DNA of 64,000 bases. Origin: Octopus vulgaris. Its lineage: Eukaryota. Below are positions 39,038 through 51,339 of this stretch, one piece after another; position 1 is the first letter of the stretch, and the number at the start of each line of letters is the position of its first letter. The notes beneath the pieces are model-generated. The model was not told the DNA's origin. It ran no database searches and saw only the letters and a program-made list of their open reading frames with translations. The stretch covers positions 50,592,001 to 50,656,000 of the forward strand of contig OX597815.1 in the NCBI GenBank assembly GCA_951406725.2. Direction: 5' to 3'. Position numbers and translations under genes: made by a program.

Positions 39038-39486
39038 TGGCGAGCTGGCAGAGTCATTAGCATGCCAGGCAAAATGTATTTCATCTGTCATCAAGTTCTG
39101 AGTTCAAATGCTGCTGGGATCAACTTTGCCTTTGATCCTTTTGGAGTCAATAAATTAAGTACCAGTTACGCTCTTGGGTCGATGTAATTGACTGGGCCCC
39201 TCTCCAAAAATGTCATAGTAGAAAGAATTATTGTATTTTTATGATTTGATTGATATACAAATATAATAATAGCTTCATATTTTGGTACAAGGCCAGCAAT
39301 TTCAGGGGAGAGGTAAGTTGATTACATCAACCCCAGTATTCTACAGGTACCTATTTTATCAACCCTGAAATGATAAAAGGCAAAGTCAACTTTGGTGGAA
39401 TTTGAACTCAGAATGTAGAGACAGATGAAATGCCACAAAGCATTTTGTCCAACATGCTAATGATTTTGCAAGCTCACCACCTTATA
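39038..39486. mobile_element. Tail-to-tail pair of SINE family A (39038-39230 plus, 39272-39486 minus)
   Basis: Family core on both strands; the second copy has TSD TATACAAATATAATAATA. Confidence 0.85.
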
Positions 39487-39505
39487 TATACAAATATAAT
39501 AATAA

Positions 39506-39879
39506 TTATTACCTCTGCCTTTGCGAAGGTAGAGGTATTGCTTTCAGTCTGTTTGTTTGTTTGTGGACAAAATATCTCAAGAACTGCTGGATGGATCTGG
39601 ATGGATCTAGGTGAAACTTTTAGGGATGTTTGGCCTCATGACTGGCACAAACTGATTAGATTTGGGGATTGATCTGGTACCAGACAAGGATTCTGGATTA
39701 TTTTTCCCGTTTTTTTTTTGCTTAATTTTTGAGAGCGGTCAGGTTCATTTTTAGTATTCTCCTTTATGAGAGCAGTCGAGTTTATTTCAAATATTCTCAT
39801 ATTAAAAATCATCTCTAGCTAATTGTTGAGAGGACATTGGTGTTGCCTTGGTGGAGGTTTGTACTCTCTGAGTGCTCTT
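39506..39879 (+). mobile_element. Helentron-associated non-autonomous element (HINE/DINE-1-like)
   Basis: TTATTACCTCTGCC...GGTAGAGGTA 5' hairpin, short (GTTT)n, subterminal inverted GGTGGAGGT, 3' hairpin GTACTCTCTGAGTGC. Confidence 0.8.
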
Positions 39880-39892
39880 ATTATTATTATTA

Positions 39893-39953
<61 letters not shown>

Positions 39954-39985
39954 CATCATTATTATTATTATTATCATTATTATTA

Positions 39986-40050
<65 letters not shown>
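39880..40050. repeat. (ATT)n microsatellite
   Basis: Direct reading. Confidence 0.97.
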
Positions 40051-40059
40051 CTTGTGTTT

Positions 40060-40220
40060 AAGATGGCAAGCTGGCAGGATCATTAGGAAGCCAGGTGACA
40101 TAGTTAGTAGTATTTCGTCTGTCTTTATGTTCTGAGTTCAAATTACACAGAGATTGACTTTTCTTTACATCCATTCAGGCTCAATAAATTAAGTACCAGT
40201 GAAACACTGGAGTTGATTGC
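40060..40220 (+). mobile_element. SINE family A
   Basis: Head plus core. Confidence 0.75.
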
Positions 40221-40399
40221 ACTCCTTAAGCAAATTTAATTCCCACACTTATGTTTATCCAATATATTTTTGTTTTTTTTAATTGTAGGGCATGAATCAA
40301 AGGAGATTCCACTGGTATGTCTAGCAAAATGAATTGTACTGCAGAGCTTGAAATATGTACTGATCATACCTATTATCAAAGGCAGTCAAGCTGTTAATA

Positions 40400-40580
40400 A
40401 GTGATGGATTTAAACCAAACAAGCTACAGCTTAGGGCATCATTATCTTTAAAGGCCTGAAAATAATTAAAAGACCTGTATGTTTTCTATTCTTGGACGAT
40501 GTTCTTGTATGGATATTTTTTTAAATGTGGTCCATGATATTTCTATAGTTTAGGGCCTTACCAAGTCTAAATCTGACACT
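40400..40580. mobile_element. Possible old MITE
   Basis: Imperfect TIRs AGTGATGGATTTA / TAAATCTGACACT, internal TAGGGC repeats. Confidence 0.35.
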
Positions 40581-41061
40581 ACTACAAACACTTATGTTTT
40601 CATTTATTCTTACTTCAGGTATTACGTATTTAGAGTTAAATTATTCAATATTGTTCACCAGACTTTTATGATAGTTGAATAGGATTTAAGGGAAATTTTG
40701 CTGTCATTCCTAACCGGTCAAGCAGCCTTAAGGAAACACTTCTCTTGAATACCAGCAGTAATATCGAGGAATGCATGAGATGGAAAACTGGCAGGGTCAC
40801 CAAGTAACTTGCAAGATGAAGATACTTTGAGAGGACAGAGAGCATTGGAAGAGGTGATCTTGTGTCAGATGATGAAAGGTTTGAGTATGATGGAGAGACA
40901 GAAGCAGAAACTGGTGTTTTGCTGTAGAGGAGGTACATGATTACTTGGCCAGAGAGAAAGAGAGAGAGAGTGATATATATATATATATATAAAATTGGAT
41001 TTAATCCTAAATCTGATTTTTCCCTGTAAGTTTGGATTTATTCCCTAATATTTTATTATTA

Positions 41062-41101
<40 letters not shown>

Positions 41102-41103
<2 letters not shown>

Positions 41104-41325
41104 CAGTTCTATATTTAAGAGATAAGGAATTATGTACATTATTTACATTATTTACATTAGACAAATATTTGTCCTCAAGTTGTTTATTGTTAACGCAATG
41201 TTTTGACTGATATACCATCCAGCCTTCATCAAGTGTCTTGGGGAAATTTCAAACCTGGATTCTCATTCCTAAGGTATTTTTCGATGCTATTCTTCTTCTT
41301 CTTCTCCTTCTTCTTCTTCTTCTTC

Positions 41326-41363
<38 letters not shown>

Positions 41364-41622
41364 ATTATTACACAGGTCACTGTCTGGAATCAAACTCAGA
41401 ATTTTGGGGTTAGCAGCCCGTGCTCTTAACCTCAGTGCCATATGTCTGTGGGCATATGTAACCTGAATAATAATGATAATAACATCGAAAAATACCTTAG
41501 GAATGAGAACCCAGGTTCGAAATTTCCCCAAGACACCTGAAGAAGGCTGGAGGGTATATCAGCCAAAACGTGTTAACAAAAAACAAGATGAGGACAAATA
41601 TCTGTCAACTGTAAATAATGTA
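41102..41622. mobile_element. Head-to-head inverted dimer of a tRNA-headed element carrying a hammerhead motif
   Basis: 41143-41290 is the reverse complement of 41478-41622; tRNA-like A/B boxes on the minus strand at 41375-41443; decayed hammerhead cores at 41193-41236 (minus) and 41533-41574 (plus). Confidence 0.8.
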
Positions 41623-41648
41623 TACACACACACACACTCACACACATA

Positions 41649-41684
<36 letters not shown>

Positions 41685-41706
41685 TTAATATATATATATA
41701 TATATA

Positions 41707-42100
41707 TACTCTTTTACTCTTTTACTTGTTTCAGTCATTTGACTGCGGCCATGCTGGAGCACCACCTTTAGTCGAGCAAATCAACCCCAGGACTTATTCT
41801 TTGTAAGCCTAGTACTTATTCTATTGGTCTCTTTGCCGAACCGCTAAGTGACGGGGACATAAACACACCAGCATCGGTTGTCAAGCAATGCTAGGGGGAC
41901 AAACACAGACACACAAACACACACACACATACATATATACGACAGGCTTCTTTCAGTTTCCGTCTACCAAATCCACTCACAAGGCATTGGTCAGCCCGGG
42001 GCTATAGCAGAAGACACTTGCCCAAGATGCCACGCAGTGGGACTGAACCCGGAACCATGTGGTTGGTTAGCAAGCTACTTACCACACAGCCACTCCTGCT
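41707..42100 (-). mobile_element. Young full-length SINE family B
   Basis: Complete head to tail, CpG-rich. Confidence 0.92.
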
Positions 42101-42239
42101 ATATAACATCTAATATAGAATAGAATTTTTCGAAAAAAATTCTGTCAATGGCCAGCATATTAAAAAATACCTTTAAAGGTTAAATTTATAAACAATTTAC
42201 TTACTTATAAATTGTATATATATATATACATATATATAT

Positions 42240-42445
42240 ATTATTTTACTTGTTTCGGTCATTTTAACTGTGGCCATGCTGGAGCACTGCCTTTAGTCAA
42301 ACAAATCGACCCCAGGACGTATTTTTGCAAACCTAGTACTTATTCCATTGGTCTCTTGCTGAACTGCTAAGTTACAGGGACATAAGTGCACCAACATCAG
42401 TTGTCAAGTGATGGTCGGTTTGACAAATACAGATGCACAAACATA
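42240..42445 (-). mobile_element. SINE family B 3' half
   Basis: Family tail. Confidence 0.8.
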
Positions 42446-42715
42446 TATATATATATATATATATACATATGCATATATATATGTATATGTATGTATGGTT
42501 CATCACAATTCTATATTGTAAATCCGTGGATGGGCTTCAGATAAACTGGTTTTTACAGAGTGATATATAAGAGACAAGCTAAAATAATGGTCATAACATA
42601 TAATTCCTTTATTATTGCAAATTTGGCTTACAGCTGTTTCCAGTAATCATTATAGATAGGTTTACTCAATTGGTCTCTTGAAAGATCTAGTATGTATGTA
42701 CATTCGTGTGTATGT

Positions 42716-42808
<93 letters not shown>

Positions 42809-44399
42809 AGTGCTGGTAAATAGTTAGCTAAGTTTGGCCATTTGATAAGCAAATATGGCAAATCAAAACGTGTGATTTTCAATACAGAAATATTGGTGCA
42901 AAAGTTGTTAACCCATTTCTAGGTATAAAACAAAATTATAAACTAAAACAACTGTTTTAGATGTATTGAAATATTGTGCAATAAAATGACAATAGGATGT
43001 TAATAGTTGAAACATTTAAAAAATAAATAAATAAATAAATAAATACAAACAATGCCACTTCGTTTCTGAAACAGAGAACACTATATCAGTTCCATTGTAA
43101 AATATGAGTGTATCATTGGACAGTAGGTTTTGTATTTTGTTTTATTTTTGTAATTTCTGAATGTTAATAAATTGTAAAATAGAGGTCTTACATGGAACAA
43201 ATATATTATAGACAAGATAGATGTCCAAGTGCTAGCTTGCACAAAAGTGGCTTGAAATGTATTCATTAAAGAATGCTTTCAGTTTATAAAGAAATAAGTT
43301 CATATCTTTCACATAGTGAATGGGGCTTAATTTTGGCAACCTATAATAATTCTAGCTCATAAATAATGACTTACTTTTCAAGAATAAAGTAATTTCAGTT
43401 ATACCCTGTGTGATTGATAAGGCCAGTTTGCAGTTATATTCAGCTTAATTGTTATCTTTGTGGAACACCTCGCAATACAATTTATGCAAGGAAAGAAAGA
43501 AAAAAATTCTTTAGAAATACGTTTTTATAAAGAGTTTTGACCAGTTTGGACAAAGTTACAATATATTACAGAACAATCTAAGATTTAAGCAAAACTATTA
43601 AATTTTGGTTGCGAAAACTTGAACAACCATCTGTGTATATTCTTACATATATTTATGCTTCCATATTTATTTTCAAAGATATAGATTTGAGTGTTAAATG
43701 CATGCACACACACACACATTTATATAGATTGATTCATTAGTTTCATACCTGGTTTTTTCACAGTAGTATAGATAAAACAAGTTTGCAAAATAAGTCTTCT
43801 ACACATCTCAGCCATGAATATCATACTACCAGTGTAACATATAAAGGGTCTGTTGATGCATTTATATTTTTCTTGTGCTTCATTAGTTGTATTTTGGGTA
43901 GTATTTTTATACCTTGGTACCTTTGTTATTAGCAACCAGAAAACACAAGTTCATACATATTCCATTATTTAAAAAAAAGAAAAGAGAAAGCTTCCTTCAG
44001 AAGGGATGAGATGGCCTGAATTTTTTGCATCTGCTGCTGAAGACATCTGGCTGGGGTGATGACACATGTTAGTCAACTACATGTCACATAGTCATCATGG
44101 AAGAGAAAGTAATTCACAGCGAATGGTCACTGATTGGGACACTGTTCAGCAGGTATTTGACCAGTATTGCATCCATGAACATTATTTGTTTTTACCCATT
44201 TTGGATTCAGTATTACATTATACAGTGCTGAGAGTGATTTGTGAGTGATTTTGTTGTTAGTTCTAGAAGTTCAAACAATTGTACAGAACTTTCTCAACCA
44301 TTTTAAACCAACAAGTCATATGTGATAATTCCATTCAGAGTTGAACTGAGTGTAAGTAACAACAAAATTTCATATCATTTTAAAGCATGAAGCTACTTC

Positions 44400-44815
44400 C
44401 TCCTGTTGAATTACTTGGTGACCTCACCCATGCCTCAGTGGCATGAAAAATGTACCCAATACATGATATAAAGTGGTTGGCATTAGAAATCATGCCAAAG
44501 CTGACATTAGAGCTTGATGCAGTCCTGCGGTTTGCCAGATCCTATTAACCCTTTAGCATTCAGATTACTCTGTCAGATGTTATGCTTATTTATTCACATT
44601 GTCTTGAATTAATCATGAATTGTCTCGTAGCTTTGAGATTTTGAAGATGTGACTGTATATATGCAGAATGTCATTGTAAGGTAGAAATGAGAGGCCAAAT
44701 TTGGTCAGCTTGATCATAATACAGGCAGAATATTTTAGCCAGATGACATGGCCAGTTTAAATGCTAAAGGGTTAAACTGTCCAACCCATACCATCATAGA
44801 AAGCTGAGGATGATC
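44400..44815 (+). mobile_element. SINE family C interrupted by a MITE
   Basis: Core before 44545, tail resumes at 44776 (actgtccaaccca). Confidence 0.75.
44549..44771. mobile_element. Complete TTAA-type (piggyBac-like) MITE, family E
   Basis: TIRs CCCTTTAGCATT / AATGCTAAAGGG with TTAA duplicated on both sides. Confidence 0.9.
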
Positions 44816-44827
44816 ATATATTGCTGC

Positions 44828-44868
<41 letters not shown>

Positions 44869-44904
44869 AGGAGGAGAAAGAGAAGATCATCATGATGATT
44901 GATA

Positions 44905-45062
44905 GTGGCAGTGGTGGTAGTGGTGGCGGTGGTGGCGGTGGTGGCGGTGGTGGTGGTGGTGGTGGTGGTGGTGGTGGTGGTGGTGGTGGTGGTGGTGGTG
45001 GTGGTGATGGTGTTGGTGGTGGTGGCAGTGGTGGTGGCGGCGGTGGTGGTGGTGGTGGTGGT
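44905..45062. repeat. (GGT)n microsatellite
   Basis: Direct reading. Confidence 0.97.
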
Positions 45063-45249
45063 ATCTATATCAAATTATTCTCTTTACCAACTGGGTTCTG
45101 TTGTTAAATAAGTGAATCGATGAGATATGATTTAGTAACTAGTGATAGGAGACACATTCAGAATTCTTCATCATATAATCCAACACCCTATCTACTTTAC
45201 TTTTGGTATATCACAATATTTAGAGTATATAACAACGTTCAGATCTATA

Positions 45250-45600
45250 TGTATTTATGGTGAATGATGCTGTCTTCTCAATATAATGACATGCAAGTTT
45301 GTATGCTCCTACTATAACAAAATATAATAATGTGCAAACATGGTGAGTTCATGATGAAATGCATGTCATGTGTCCCCAATATATAGATCTGCAAAATGTT
45401 TGTTTTAAGTGAATGCATGTCTTTTTTCCATATAGCATTGTGCAAGGGTTTGTGCTTGTGGTGAATATGTATCCATGTTCAATGAAACAATGTAGAAATG
45501 TGTGTATTTATGGTGAATGTATGTGTGTTCCCATTGAAGCATTATGAAACCCTATGTGTTTATAGTGGATGTATGAGGCTTCTTAATGTATTTTATGTTT
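45250..45600. repeat. Degenerate 52-bp tandem repeat
   Basis: GTG(A/G)AT anchor at 45409, 45461, 45513 and 45565. Confidence 0.7.
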
Positions 45601-48192
45601 TAACAATAAACACAGTTCTTGCTATTTATTCATATTCAAAACATGGAAAAAGATCTTGATTTTACTGCAAGAAAATATATTAATTTCACAGTTTTTTTCG
45701 AAATATGAGAGTAATGTAAGAAAGTAGAGTACAATATTATTAACAGGAACAAACTGATTGAAGGGACATAATGAAGCTATGAATCTGAAAAATATTTTGA
45801 CTAATAAATCAAGATTTAAAATGGCTTCTGTTGACATCCCAAAAGAGACCAGTTAAAATAAAATATCAAATAAATAACAAGAAACATTTTTGGTGACTAA
45901 TGGAAATGTACCCATGATGACATGTTTATTCTGATAAGAACTATTCAAAAGACAGATTTTCATATTAAGATCATTTTCAAAGGGGAAAAAAATAACCAAT
46001 TTAGCTGTTTGGGAAGAAATCAAGATAATGGTCCATTGTGTAACTTCCTTTTAACCCTAGAGATAATTGATCAAGTTAATAGAACAATCTTATTAACTTA
46101 TCAGGGCTGTCTTTTCTTTTATAGAAATGTAATTATTTTTCTTCATAAATCATAGAAATGCACTGTAGTCCCTCACTACCAAAATGGCTTCATAAGTAGA
46201 TAATTTAGAGAGAATTTTATATTTTAGGCATTCTATTGGATGCATTGTCTGAACTTACAACTTTTATGGTTTATTATGACACTAGGATTTTTTTAATATC
46301 AGGGTTATCCATGGTATTTCTAATATCAAGGTTATGAATGAAATAGTGTAACTGTGTACTGACAGGAAATGAGTTTTCAGGAACATCCAAATTCTGCTAG
46401 CATGAAAAATTATACAATGCTGTTTAAAAAGAAAAACTGCTAGATATATTTATTAATTTTCCCTAAATAGCAAATACATTTCTTTCAATATAAATTTCTG
46501 TTCAGCTTTTACTTTAATGAAGCAATAATCTTCTCAGTTTTGTTTTTCAAATAATCAACTTCTTAACCCTTACTTGTCACTTTTCAGTTTAGTGAAGCAT
46601 TTCCCACGGGTGCTCTTGCTGTTAGAGACCAAAACTATAGAAAATTATGTGGTTTGTCATCATCTGCATAACATACTAAATCTATATACACTGTTAGAAG
46701 GCATGTATTTATGGAATTTTCTGAGAAGAAATCTCTTCATACACTTGCTGTGTTACAAATACAATGTGTATCACAGTGAGATAAATATCATTGTTGCAAT
46801 GATTCATAAGAATAAAAGATGCATTTCACCAATCTTGATGTTTGTCAATGCCGTGCTCCTGATTGTCACCTGCTCAAACAAAATTGGTGGATGACAGTGA
46901 ACTCAAATGACAGATGTATGTGTAACCAGAAGCATAATAAGTTTCAGTGATTAAATGTCTGAAATTTTTTGAAAGCTATGCTTAAGAAGTCAACTACATA
47001 ACACTCCAGGTTACGATCTAACAAATGAAAAATATATCTGTCACCAATAAGGTAAACTATGTGTTGAAAATATTAATTACCATAATTACCAAGATTCAAA
47101 TTTAGCTAATCAGCCAACAGCTAAATGCTTTCTTTCCTGGTCATAACTAGGTATCCTTCTAATATAAAACAAAATGAAATGCAAATCTTTTGGGAATTTC
47201 ACAAGATTAACAGCTTCATTTTGAACTATAAATTTAGGGTTTGCTAAAAGTTTCAATGTCTTATCTAAAAAAAAATCCAATAAATAATCAAAATTCTTTG
47301 AAATTCATTTCTATATATATTTAATAAAATCAAGCATTATTTTTAATATATATATGTTTTAATAAATTTATTTCATTGATGACATATTTAATTAAAAAAG
47401 AAAAAGAAAAAAAAATTAGTTCATATGAATTCTAATACTTACTTTTTCAATAATTTCTTTCATCAGAATAATTTTTCTCTGAATTCAAAACACGAATAAT
47501 AAAAAGAATCACTCTGTAAAGAATTGACAAACAGAATGTACTGGGCCAATTTCTTTAGATAAAAAAAAATGTGTTAGCAATTTTTATGCTTTCAAATTTA
47601 AAAAGGAATACTCATTTTTAAGCTGAATTATTTATATAAAAAAAAAATCATTTCAACAGATGAAAGCAAGAATTTCTGCATTCTATTTAGCCAGGTTAGA
47701 AACCATGATTCAGCTTTATTTATATTTAACCACATATTCTTTCATGTTAGTGATTGTGTTCTGAAGATAAACAGTTTTGAATCATATATTGTAGGAAGCT
47801 GTATCAATATTTCCTCTTATATGATCACAAACTATCTTCTAAAAATCTGACTTCAAATATTCCAAAGACATGCTTAGAATGATCAAATCATCTTTCTTTT
47901 ACATTTATTCCTTTAAACAAGGTCTTCTTTTTAAAAAGACAGTGTGTGTATGAGTCAGTGGCTGATAGGACGTGATTCCTTATATATGTTCATAGGGTGT
48001 TACAGAAAGATAATATTGTTTTGACAGCAGTTTATTCCAGCTGGTATATCCCTTCATCAGTTATTGGTGTCATACAGCAGAGACATGGTCACTTCTGTGC
48101 CATGCTAGCCAAATGCTTGCTTGTACAGATCAGCAGTTACACACACAAACACACACACACGCACACATATAAACCTACACACACACACATCC

Positions 48193-48440
48193 ATATTGGG
48201 TCATCCCATAAATAATGCAGCTTTTTTAAACTTCTTATATTTTTCAAATTTAAGATAAATAAAGTTCATTTTTAATCTAAAATAAACTCTATCTCATTTT
48301 CTACAATGCTTTTCCATCTATCTAGTAGACTTGCAAGGCCCCTGTTCCAAAATTCACTTGTCCATGAAAAATACTCCTCCATTACTGTACTGACCTCGTC
48401 TACAGAATTCATTTTTTTTCCGCCAAATGATTTTGAAGGC
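48193..48440 (-). mobile_element. mariner 3' end fragment
   Basis: TA+TTGGGTCATCCCATAAATAATGC terminus; minus-strand LQNHL...SEFWNRGLASLLDRWKSIVENEIEF. Confidence 0.8.
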
Positions 48441-49356
48441 TGCAGAATAACTTATAACCTCCCCTTAGCTATGAGAACTGTTCCCCACTCAGATCATTTC
48501 CTTGTCCCTATACCCCCGGCAAATGAGGATCTTCTTCTTTCATCGGCTGAAGAAATGCCTTCAGGTGAAGATTCTGCCAAGTCGATTTCTTCTGAAGACA
48601 ATGCTTCTGTTTATTCAGGAGCAAGTGGCTATGAGCCCCATTGGATCACACAGGAAGACCTGAATAAACTTGCCTGTGATTTATATCTGTCTAAGCAGCA
48701 GTCAGAGCTCCTAGCATCCCACCTTGTGCTGTGGAACCTGGTCAAGGCAGATGTAAGGTCTCATAGCTCAGGGAAGGTTGGGATATTTGAACTTTTTTCT
48801 AGAAGAAGCATTGAAACCTGTTATATTTGTTAGACAAAAATGACAATCATCTGTATGGCTTCATAGCTCTCTCCAGACCATTGGGACAGTGAAGTTGAAG
48901 GTTGCTTTCTTACTGTTAAACCATGCACTTAGTCCATTGTTGCAGGCTTTACAATAGATGTGTGGGACCCAAGATTTGTCCTGATCTCCAATTTTACAGT
49001 CAAAATAATGAAAGTAAGCTGTTCTCAGGATGGAAGTAATTGTTCAGCACTGCACAACTGTTGTGAAATCCCCATACATGTATCACAATGAATTTGCCTT
49101 GTTGATGCATCCTCAGTATTTTGAAGTTCCTGAAGCCATTGTAGTGATATGTATCATATGTAGCACAAAAATCTGGAAAACAAAATAAAAATTGATCATA
49201 TATATGGTTACATAAATTGTCACATAATCATAGTAATGTATATCTCAAAAACTAGAGGTGATGAGTAAAAACTGGTTTTGTATCTGAAGTCAGCACCCCA
49301 AAATAAGGCTAGAACAACCATTTTTATGCTTGTCTCAATTTCTCTGTGAACCAGTG
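48441..49356. mobile_element. Rearranged Chapaev3-type (CMC) DNA transposon relic
   Basis: Plus 48450-48756: YNLPLAMRTVPHS...EPHWITQEDLNKLACDLYLSKQQSELLASHL; minus 49139-48757: YFDCKIGDQDKSWVPHI...VPMVWRE..SHTDDCHFC...KYPNLP; terminus ...CAGTG at 49356. Family name from recalled motifs. Confidence 0.75.
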
Positions 49357-49361
49357 TTATT

Positions 49362-49925
49362 ATTGAGTAAGAAAACAGTGAGTGACACTGGAATACAAAT
49401 GTTGAAGCCCAACATACCCATCATGACAACCCGTCTGATAAGGGTACACCACTCATCTGCATCACAACCATATGTGCACGATATGGTGGTTTCATATAAA
49501 GATAAATAGTGCATGGCCATACAGGTGGAGCCCAGTTAGAATTTTCTTCATGGACCCTAATAAAGGACCCTGAATAAGGGTTGTTTAAAGGACTCTAAAT
49601 AAGGGTTGTTTAAGGGTGATGAACAAAACATCCAGGTTTCCAGAGGTGAATTATTAAAACCCCAAAGAATTCCTCTCAACACACGGCTATGATGCTCCCC
49701 AGCTACTTCTGCTCATGATCAGAGATGCACATATCATCAGCCAATAAGAGACATGCTCAACTGGTTATGGTCAAGCAACTGACAAGCAAATCTGTGGTAT
49801 TGAGCAGAATATTTGTTGTAGCCCATCTTTTTATAGCAAGACAAAACAATGTACATGATAACACTTCCAATCAGTTAAGATCAGAAGCCATGTGAGTCAG
49901 TGCTTGGTACTGCATCATGGCATTT
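49362..49925 (-). mobile_element. Family D repeat, second copy
   Basis: Collinear with 7267-7860; short TTA repeats on both sides. Confidence 0.85.
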
Positions 49926-49929
49926 ATTA

Positions 49930-50090
49930 TTATTTCTTTTTATCACAGGTTTTGTTGGAACTCCTTCAGTCCTGCATATAGCGGGCTTGCTGCATGCAGC
50001 CTATGATAACATACTATCCGTTCTTTTCAACTATCTAATACTTGCCTGATTATTTTGGCCATGCCAAGGAGGCAAAATTTTATTATCATA
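49930..50090 (-). mobile_element. R4/Dong-like LINE extreme 3' fragment
   Basis: KFCLLGMAKIIRQVLDS-stop parallels LLGTTRILCRVLEA-stop of the 7991-9210 element; ends in AATAATAA. Confidence 0.55.
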
Positions 50091-50149
50091 GTTGTTATCA
50101 TCATTAGTGTTGTTGTGGTTGTTTTATATATGTATATATATATTATAGT

Positions 50150-50720
50150 TATGTTGAAACAGGTGATACAGGAAAGTGCAGCATTGATGACAAAACATTT
50201 GTGGAGTAAATGATGGTCTAATTCAACTAAGTGACATGTAATACATCTGTTTGAAGGATCCCAGGCCCTAACCAATCATGGAAAAATGGGAGTGGTCGGG
50301 CATGTAATTTTTGAACCCACCATAAAGCTCTCAGTGGATATACTCATCTTTGAGGCAGTCAGCACTGCATCTAACATGACCCATCAAATGGTTGACAGCC
50401 AAATGAAAGGAGGTGTGATGGAGATATTGTACATAAATGGGTACATTTGGGAAATGGGCTGCAATGGGAGATGGCAATGGGGAAGTGAACTGTTGAAATG
50501 TTGCAGAAGGTGAAGGGTTGACATTGGATTGCTGGTGTGGCTGTAGAATAAGAAACATAAAGTGAGCCTATGCAGTCCCATGAGAATATGTAGTAATGAA
50601 TTACTTGAAAAAAATAAGGCATAATGGGTTACCGCATGGTATGTATAGAGTATGTCTGTATTTTTGAATGCAGTGTAAATTAACAAAATATAAGCATATG
50701 AACAAAATAGAAGCACATGC
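50150..50720 (-). pseudogene. Degenerate Penelope-like element ORF (RT C-terminus and linker before GIY-YIG)
   Basis: FKNTDILYTYH...NSLL...LHRL resembles YRKPTD..YLH...SIP..Q.LRL; HD/LVRA...NRCITC...INAALSC resembles the PLE linker. Confidence 0.4.
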
Positions 50721-50775
50721 AAGGAACTGCTAATTTAATGGTAAATGCCACAATAATTATTACAGAGAGACAAAG

Positions 50776-50807
<32 letters not shown>

Positions 50808-50812
<5 letters not shown>

Positions 50813-51109
50813 TTATTCAAGGGAATAAAATCCAAACTTACAAGGAAAAAGAATTCAATTTAGAAATACTAAATCAAATTCCACACAATATAATATATAT
50901 ATAAAATATTAGAAAAAAACCATCTTTTATCAATTCAAAATAAATAATTAAATTACACCGTCTAGAAAATTACATATAATAGAAAAGTTAAAATTAAAAT
51001 AACAATTAAGAAGTAAAGATTAAGTAAATTACAAAAATAATATAATGTATTTTCTAGATGGTGTAATTTAATTATTCCTTTTGAATTGATAAAAGGTGGT
51101 TTTTTTCCC

Positions 51110-51115
<6 letters not shown>
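50808..51115. mobile_element. Short element in (TA)n with ~70-bp inverted repeat
   Basis: 50905-50975 pairs with 51045-51115; left end AGGGAATAAAATCCAAACTTACA is related to 27741-27770. Confidence 0.75.
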
Positions 51116-51160
<45 letters not shown>

Positions 51161-51339
51161 CATAGGATAAATTTCTTAATGTCATAGTAAATATGTAATT
51201 GTACATACCTTGCAACCTTGCAACTGCTGCGATAATTATTACCTGGAAATGGAATAGTAAATGTGTATTTTTATATATACCTTGGACCTTGCCAACTCAT
51301 TGTTTTTTTTTTCAAGAGTTTCACCTCTAACACTTACAT

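Noticed and set aside
43081-43640. Possible very old Tc1/mariner relic
   Set aside because: Too decayed to identify motifs or paired TIRs reliably
45250-45600. Regularly spaced motif resembling a CRISPR array
   Set aside because: Eukaryotic context; intervening sequences are related to each other and there is no conserved repeat or cas gene
48306-48833. 175-aa ORF as a host gene
   Set aside because: Chimera of antisense mariner, a Chapaev3-type fragment and an antisense Chapaev3-type segment
49868-49925. Faint resemblance of the family D end to U2 snRNA segments
   Set aside because: Only two short non-collinear patches; not distinguishable from chance
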